Shown here: positions 58,496 to 64,000 of the stretch, one piece after another
Numbering within the stretch: position 1 is the stretch's first letter
Layout of the letters: each line of letters starts with the position of its first letter
Assembly (NCBI GenBank): GCA_050011565.1
Contig: JBEKIW010000005.1
Location: forward strand, 82,698-146,697
DNA: 64,000 bases
From: Dehalococcoidia bacterium
Lineage (GTDB): Bacteria; Chloroflexota; Dehalococcoidia; GIF9; UBA5629
Reading direction: 5' to 3'
The notes under the pieces: model-generated
Seen by the model: only the letters and a program-made list of their open reading frames with translations
Told to the model about the DNA's origin: nothing
Database searches by the model: none
Program-made: the position numbers and the translations under genes

Positions 58496-58954
58496 ATGGT
58501 TCTAGTCGGCGTAGTCATCGGCAGCAAAACTGACGAGCCTCTAATACAGCCAGCCCTGGATATATTACAACAACTAAATATCACATATGAATTATCGATA
58601 TTATCAGCGCACAGAAACCCGGATAAGGTTCGCGAATATGCTTCTAAGGCTGGGAAAAAGGGAATAGAAGTTATCATTGCGGCTGCCGGAGCTGCAGCAC
58701 ACCTTCCCGGTGTTCTGGCTAGCTGGACTACATTGCCGGTTATCGGAGTGCCGCTGCCTACCAGCGAACTCAAAGGCGTTGACTCTCTCTACTCCATCGT
58801 CCAGATGCCGGCTGGAGTACCGGTGGCCTGTGTCGGCATCGGCGCCTCAGGCGCTAAAAACGCCGCCCTGTTAGCTGCCCAAATGCTAGGTATAAAATAC
58901 AAAGAAATTAAAGATGCCTATGAGAAATATAAACGAAAACTGGCTAAGACATAG
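58496..58954 (+). CDS. purE: N5-CAIR mutase / AIR carboxylase
   Basis: SAHRNP, AGAAAHLPG and SIVQMPAGVPVA. Confidence 0.96.
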   Translation: MVLVGVVIGSKTDEPLIQPALDILQQLNITYELSILSAHRNPDKVREYASKAGKKGIEVIIAAAGAAAHLPGVLASWTTLPVIGVPLPTSELKGVDSLYSIVQMPAGVPVACVGIGASGAKNAALLAAQMLGIKYKEIKDAYEKYKRKLAKT

Positions 58955-58969
58955 ACCTGGAGAAAAGAC

Positions 58970-60316
58970 ATGATTGAGAGATATTCCCGGCCGCAGATGA
59001 AAAAAATATGGTCTGAAGAAAATAAGTTCAATAAATGGCTTCAGGTCGAGATAGCTGTTTGTGAAGCCTGGGCGGAGACAGGTACTATACCCAAAGAAGC
59101 CATCCCCAAGATAAAAACGGCCAGCTGCGACCTCGACCGCATTGCCGAAATCCTCAAAGTAACTCACCACGATATGACTGCTTTCCTTCAGGCGGTGGCC
59201 GAAGGGCTGGGAGAGGAATCGCGATTTATTCACCTCGGCCTCACCTCATCCGATATCATGGATACTGCGCTTAGCCTGCAGTTGAAGGAGGCTTCGAAAA
59301 TTCTGGCCCAGGGCACTGCAGAGCTTATCTCAGTTCTGGAAGATAAAGCCATTGAGCACAAGCGCACCTTAATGATAGGACGGACTCACGGCGTCCATGC
59401 CGAGCCTATCACCTTCGGCCTCAAACTGGCCCTGTGGGCACAGGAAATGAAACGCAACGCCGCCAGGCTGGCTGAAGCTGAAAAAATCATCAGCGTCGGC
59501 AAAATATCGGGAGCTGTGGGCACCTATGCCACCGTACCTCCCGAAATTGAAGACAAGGCTTGCCGCAAGTTAGGCTTGACCGCTGCGCCTATATCAAGCC
59601 AGATTATCCAGCGCGACCGTCATGCTCAGTTTGTCACCACTTTAGCCATTATCTCCGGCTCGCTAGAGAAGTTTGCTACCGAAATCAGAAGCCTTCAGCG
59701 AACCGAGGTATTAGAAGCGGAAGAGCCATTCGCCGCCGGGCAAACCGGCTCCTCGGCTATGCCCCACAAGCGCAATCCTGAGCTGTGTGAACGCGTCTGC
59801 GGGCTGGCCAGGCTGATAAGAGGCCATGCACTGACCTCCCTGGAAAATATCGCTCTGTGGCACGAGAGGGATATCAGCCACTCGTCCAATGAGCGCGTGA
59901 TTCTCCCCGACTCCTGCCTGGTCCTGGACTATGTCCTGAGCATCTTCACTTCGGTGATGAAAGGGCTTCTGGTCTATCCCGAAAACATGCGTCGAAACCT
60001 TGAGCTTACCCAGGGACTGGTCTTCTCGCAGCGGGTACTTATAGCCTTAATAGATAAAGGCTTAAGCCGGCAGAAGGCTTATGAGCTGGTCCAGCATAAT
60101 GCCATGAAAGCGTGGAAAGGGAGAACCAGCTTCTTAGAGCTGCTTAAAGCCGATTCCGAGGTAAAAGCCCGTCTTTCAAATAAGGAACTCGAAGTACTTT
60201 TCGACTACAACTATTTTATGAGGCATACCGATAACGTCTTTAGTCGGCTGGGTTTAACCGAGAAAAAGAAAGTTAAGTCAGTTAAAACAGCGGAACTGGC
60301 ACCCCATTCGCTGTGA
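58970..60316 (+). CDS. purB: adenylosuccinate lyase
   Basis: MIERYSR, HLGLTSSD, GRTHGVHAEP and GSSAMPHKRNP. Confidence 0.97.
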   Translation: MIERYSRPQMKKIWSEENKFNKWLQVEIAVCEAWAETGTIPKEAIPKIKTASCDLDRIAEILKVTHHDMTAFLQAVAEGLGEESRFIHLGLTSSDIMDTALSLQLKEASKILAQGTAELISVLEDKAIEHKRTLMIGRTHGVHAEPITFGLKLALWAQEMKRNAARLAEAEKIISVGKISGAVGTYATVPPEIEDKACRKLGLTAAPISSQIIQRDRHAQFVTTLAIISGSLEKFATEIRSLQRTEVLEAEEPFAAGQTGSSAMPHKRNPELCERVCGLARLIRGHALTSLENIALWHERDISHSSNERVILPDSCLVLDYVLSIFTSVMKGLLVYPENMRRNLELTQGLVFSQRVLIALIDKGLSRQKAYELVQHNAMKAWKGRTSFLELLKADSEVKARLSNKELEVLFDYNYFMRHTDNVFSRLGLTEKKKVKSVKTAELAPHSL

Positions 60317-60329
60317 TTTGCTTTACATT

Positions 60330-61229
60330 ATGTCAATAACAATATCTCAGACAAACTTACCTCTTCCACTATTTTGCCGCGGAAAGGTGCGGGATACTTA
60401 TAACCTGGATGGCATGCTGCTAATTGTTTCCACTGACCGCCTCTCCGCATTCGACGTTGTCCTGCCAAATCCCATCCCCGATAAAGGTCAAATACTAAAT
60501 CAGCTATCACGCTTCTGGTTCGAGAAGACAAGTCAGGTAATGTCTAACCATCTGGTAGCACCGGTTGATACAATAGATGCGCTTAGAGCCTATTTCCCAG
60601 ATAAGACCGCACCGCCGGACTATCTGCTGGGCCGGTCGATGATTACCATAAAAGCTGAACGTGTACCGGTTGAATGCGTCGTCCGCGGTTACCTCTCCGG
60701 CTCAGCCTGGTCGGAATACAAAGACACCGGCACCATATCGGGTATGTCCGCGCCCAAAGGACTTCAGGAAAGCCAGGAATTGCCGCAGCCTCTTTTTACG
60801 CCAACTACCAAAGCCGAGGCAGGGCATGACGAGCCTCTGAACAAAAAAGAGCTGGAAAGCCTGGTGGGTAAAACTACGGCTGCTAAACTCGAGGAAAGTA
60901 GCCTGGCAGTATATCAGTATGCCCGCGACTACGCCCGGGGCCGGGGCGTTATCATCGCCGATACCAAGTTCGAGTTCGGCTTTGCCGATGGCAAGCTTAT
61001 ACTGATTGACGAGTTATTGACGCCCGATTCAAGTCGCTTCTGGGATGCCAGCCAGTATACCGTAGGACGCTCTCAACCCAGCTTCGATAAGCAGCCGGTC
61101 CGTGATTGGCTGACCGCCTCAGGCTGGAACAAAGAGCCGCCGGCACCAGCGCTGCCACCCGAAGTAATCGAAGCTACCACAAAACGATATCGTGAAGCCT
61201 ATCAACGATTAACAGGAAAGGCGCTATAA
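60330..61229 (+). CDS. purC: SAICAR synthetase
   Basis: GKVRD, TDRLSAFD, ECVVRGYLSGS, ADTKFEFG and TPDSSRFW; ATG at 60330. Confidence 0.97.
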   Translation: MSITISQTNLPLPLFCRGKVRDTYNLDGMLLIVSTDRLSAFDVVLPNPIPDKGQILNQLSRFWFEKTSQVMSNHLVAPVDTIDALRAYFPDKTAPPDYLLGRSMITIKAERVPVECVVRGYLSGSAWSEYKDTGTISGMSAPKGLQESQELPQPLFTPTTKAEAGHDEPLNKKELESLVGKTTAAKLEESSLAVYQYARDYARGRGVIIADTKFEFGFADGKLILIDELLTPDSSRFWDASQYTVGRSQPSFDKQPVRDWLTASGWNKEPPAPALPPEVIEATTKRYREAYQRLTGKAL

Positions 61230-61230
61230 A

Positions 61231-61479
61231 ATGTACCTGGCTAAAGTCTACATCACACTTAAGCCGACGGTAAACGACCCGCAAGGCCTGACCATCAAAG
61301 GCGCGCTGCATAACCTGGGTTTTAGCTCGGTCGAAGACGTCCGCGCCGGAAAATATATCGAGGTCAAGATTGCGGAAAAAGACATCGCCGCTGCCCTCAA
61401 GCAGGTCGATGAGATGTGCCGCAAGTTGCTGGCTAACCCCATCATCGAAAACTATCGCTTCGACCTTGAGGAAATTTAG
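61231..61479 (+). CDS. purS: FGAM synthase subunit PurS
   Basis: LKPTVNDPQG, VRAGK and LLANPIIENY. Confidence 0.96.
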   Translation: MYLAKVYITLKPTVNDPQGLTIKGALHNLGFSSVEDVRAGKYIEVKIAEKDIAAALKQVDEMCRKLLANPIIENYRFDLEEI

Positions 61480-61588
61480 CCTTCGGCTAACTCAACCTCC
61501 CACCATGCCGAGGAGCACGGCATATAGACCGCGCCACCGTTGGCATTTCTGACAAGCCCATTATTCAGAGAGTAAGTAATAGTATTGC

Positions 61589-62857
61589 TTAAAGATCCGC
61601 CTTAGGCTTATCAAGTGAATTGTTCCCTTCGTCGCTCTCATTTACAGCACCTGTTGTATCAACCTTCACCCCAACGGACCAACCAGTCCCGGTGTAATTA
61701 TAAGTACCGAACTTTTCAGTCCTTGACTCGCCTGCAGCTAAAGAAGCTACAGAGTCGGTAGCCTTCGGCGAGCAAGGCGTTACGCAAGGATAAATGTATA
61801 ATTCTGAAGTGCTGGCACCGGCTGCTAACCCACCATTATTCTTAATCTCATAATATATTTTGTCTCCTACTAACCAGATATTTTCCACAACCAGGTCCGG
61901 TTTCAATGTCAATGTACGTACCGGCCCAAGAATCAGACATGACCAGGACTCGGTGTATGAATTGTTGGCTTCAGAGCTCTCAACCACAGTACCGCCGGTA
62001 TCAGCCTTCACCACTAGAGAATCACTGGGGAGCGTACAGGAATACGTGTAACCGGCAAAGGTTTCAGTTTTCGACTCGCCCGGAGCCAGAGAGCCCACAC
62101 TATCATTGGCTACCGTAGCGCCATCGACAAGCAGCGTTGAAGTGCTCGGCCCGGCGGCTGCATCTCCCTGATTTTTTATCGTGTAGGTGACTGTATTTCC
62201 CGAGCGCACAATATCCTCGATTATAAGGTCCGGCATACCTGCCGCCGGCGCTGCACCTACCACCACCGTAACGGTAATACCGGTCCATCCAGCCGCGTTC
62301 GTTGCCGTTAAGGTGTAATTGGTGCTAGCCGCCGGTGACACAACTGCAGTCCCGGCAGAACTGACAGGGCCTACACCATTATCGATTGTCACCGATGTCG
62401 TTCCCGACACATCCCAGCCTAAAGTGGTAGAACCGCCAGCGATTATGACAGACGGATTAGCCATGAAATAATTGACTATCGGTAGATCTGGAGTCGTAGG
62501 TGTAGGTGTGGGCGTGGGTGTTGCCGCTGCTCCTGTAACCATGACCTGAGTCGTAGCCGTAGTAGTGCCGGCTGAGTTGGAAGCCGTCAGCGTGTAAATA
62601 GTTGTAGCCGCAGGTGCTACAGCCCTCGGCCCGGTCAAGGCTACATTGCCTATACCCTGGTCTATACTGACCGTAGTGGCTCCCGTGACGGTCCAGTTAA
62701 GAGTTGAGGATTCGCCAGCTGAAATGCTGGCCGGGCTGGCATTAAAGGAATTGATTACAGGTAGCTGGCTCGGACCGGTAATAGTAATCGGCCCACCCGG
62801 GTAGCAACCGGCTAAAAATAGCACCGCCAGCAGAAGCACAGGAACTAGTTTTTTCAT
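61589..62857 (-). CDS. surface lipoprotein with two Ig-like repeats, a PT linker and two CARDB-like domains
   Basis: LAGC lipobox; PVINSF...TLNW...YTLTASN repeats; TPTPTPTP; PDL...IKNxG...ESxExNN. Confidence 0.85.
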   Translation of the reverse strand: MKKLVPVLLLAVLFLAGCYPGGPITITGPSQLPVINSFNASPASISAGESSTLNWTVTGATTVSIDQGIGNVALTGPRAVAPAATTIYTLTASNSAGTTTATTQVMVTGAAATPTPTPTPTTPDLPIVNYFMANPSVIIAGGSTTLGWDVSGTTSVTIDNGVGPVSSAGTAVVSPAASTNYTLTATNAAGWTGITVTVVVGAAPAAGMPDLIIEDIVRSGNTVTYTIKNQGDAAAGPSTSTLLVDGATVANDSVGSLAPGESKTETFAGYTYSCTLPSDSLVVKADTGGTVVESSEANNSYTESWSCLILGPVRTLTLKPDLVVENIWLVGDKIYYEIKNNGGLAAGASTSELYIYPCVTPCSPKATDSVASLAAGESRTEKFGTYNYTGTGWSVGVKVDTTGAVNESDEGNNSLDKPKADL

Positions 62858-62995
62858 TGACCACCTCCCAATTAATTTAATAAAAACTGATAATTATTAC
62901 AGACCACTCATATCACAAATCAATACTGCTATCCGCTAATAAGCCTGGCTCCAGCGTCGACATTCCGGTCGACTACTTAATTTTTATTTATCCGG

Positions 62996-64000
62996 CTAAT
63001 AGATTATCTTGGCTTCAGCCCATGCCGCCCAGTCCTGAGCCGAACTGCCATGCGCGTCCGTGCCTAGTACAAAATCTATGGTCTGACCGGCATAAGCGCT
63101 GAGGTCGGCTTCCAGTACCTTGACACCGTCAGCATAGGCAACAACAGGATTTAAAGTGGCTACAGCGCCAAGTTTTCCTATATAGAATTCAACGTTTCCG
63201 GCAGCGGCACCTTGTACCAAGCCGACTTTAATTCTCAGCTTGGCTCCGGGAGGCACATATACTCCTGAATATTTGCCACTTATCCAACCATTATTAACCC
63301 ACTGGGGATGAGTCTGCAGAACTCTGGTATAAGTGTTTCCATCATTCAGCTTTACATTGTATTGGTAGTTGGCATAGCCCTTGTCGCTTGTAGCTCCGGG
63401 AAATGGTAATACAACTACACTTGAACTGATCATGGTCCACCAATAGGCTGTAGGCGCCTGCTCTACAAAATCGTAAGCTACACTCGTCCCGCCGCCACCG
63501 GCAACCGAAACACTAACGGTCTGACTGACCGGTCCATAGGCATTAATCGCTGTCAAGGTGTAATCGGTGCTGGCCGCCAGTGACACTAACATGGTCCCAT
63601 GAGAGTCGACCGAACCTATGCCTTGGTCGATACTAACTGCTGTCGCATCGGACACATTCCAGCGCAGAAAGGTCGAACCACTGCCACCAGGGATAACCGG
63701 TGGGCTAGCTGTGAAATAATTGATAACCGGCAGACCGGCAGGTGATGATGGCGCGCCTGAAACTATGACCAGCGCAGTCGCTGTATCGCTACCAGCCGCA
63801 TTGCTAGCCGTCAGGGTGAAGGAAGTGCTCGCCGCCGGTAAGACTATGGTGTTCCCTGAAGAGCCAACAGCACCCACACCATTGTCAATAGTTATCGATG
63901 TGGCATTTGACACATTCCAGCTCAAACTGGTCGAATTGCCAAGAGCTATACTGGACGGGCTGGCAGTGAAAGAATTGATCACGGGTAAGGCAGCAGGTGC
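62996..64000 (-). CDS. surface protein with the same Ig-like repeats and a C-terminal beta-sandwich (5' end outside window)
   Basis: Two repeats homologous to those of 61589-62857; frame open to base 64000. Confidence 0.82.
   Translation of the reverse strand, partial: APAALPVINSFTASPSSIALGNSTSLSWNVSNATSITIDNGVGAVGSSGNTIVLPAASTSFTLTASNAAGSDTATALVIVSGAPSSPAGLPVINYFTASPPVIPGGSGSTFLRWNVSDATAVSIDQGIGSVDSHGTMLVSLAASTDYTLTAINAYGPVSQTVSVSVAGGGGTSVAYDFVEQAPTAYWWTMISSSVVVLPFPGATSDKGYANYQYNVKLNDGNTYTRVLQTHPQWVNNGWISGKYSGVYVPPGAKLRIKVGLVQGAAAGNVEFYIGKLGAVATLNPVVAYADGVKVLEADLSAYAGQTIDFVLGTDAHGSSAQDWAAWAEAKIIY

Overview
A 64-kb bacterial chromosomal segment. Gene content and order suggest an anaerobic Chloroflexota (Dehalococcoidia-like) organism; this taxonomy is inferred, not searched. 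Housekeeping blocks: trpS-argS-recG-fakA, rpmB, rpe, argJBDGH, mutS, holA, purDEBCS. Other content: an alternative (siroheme-dependent) heme operon ahbC-ahbD-ahbAB-sirC-hemA-hemC, a glycogen cluster with three GH57 enzymes, and a c-di-GMP/two-component cluster with a nine-PAS hybrid kinase. The best candidate for an uncharacterised system is a four-gene operon at 29190-33008: a lysine 2,3-aminomutase carrying a duplicated N-terminal E(E/D)EEPPG peptide, two atypical Ddl-like ATP-grasp ligases and a GNAT acetyltransferase. Other signals: a 3' half tRNA-Met fused to the mutS stop codon beside an AT-rich island; two dispersed palindromic repeat families, one copy lying in frame inside ahbAB; an XRE operator set; and a possible ZTP-riboswitch-like leader before purD. 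No CRISPR array, rRNA, intact tRNA, integrase or transposase was recognised.
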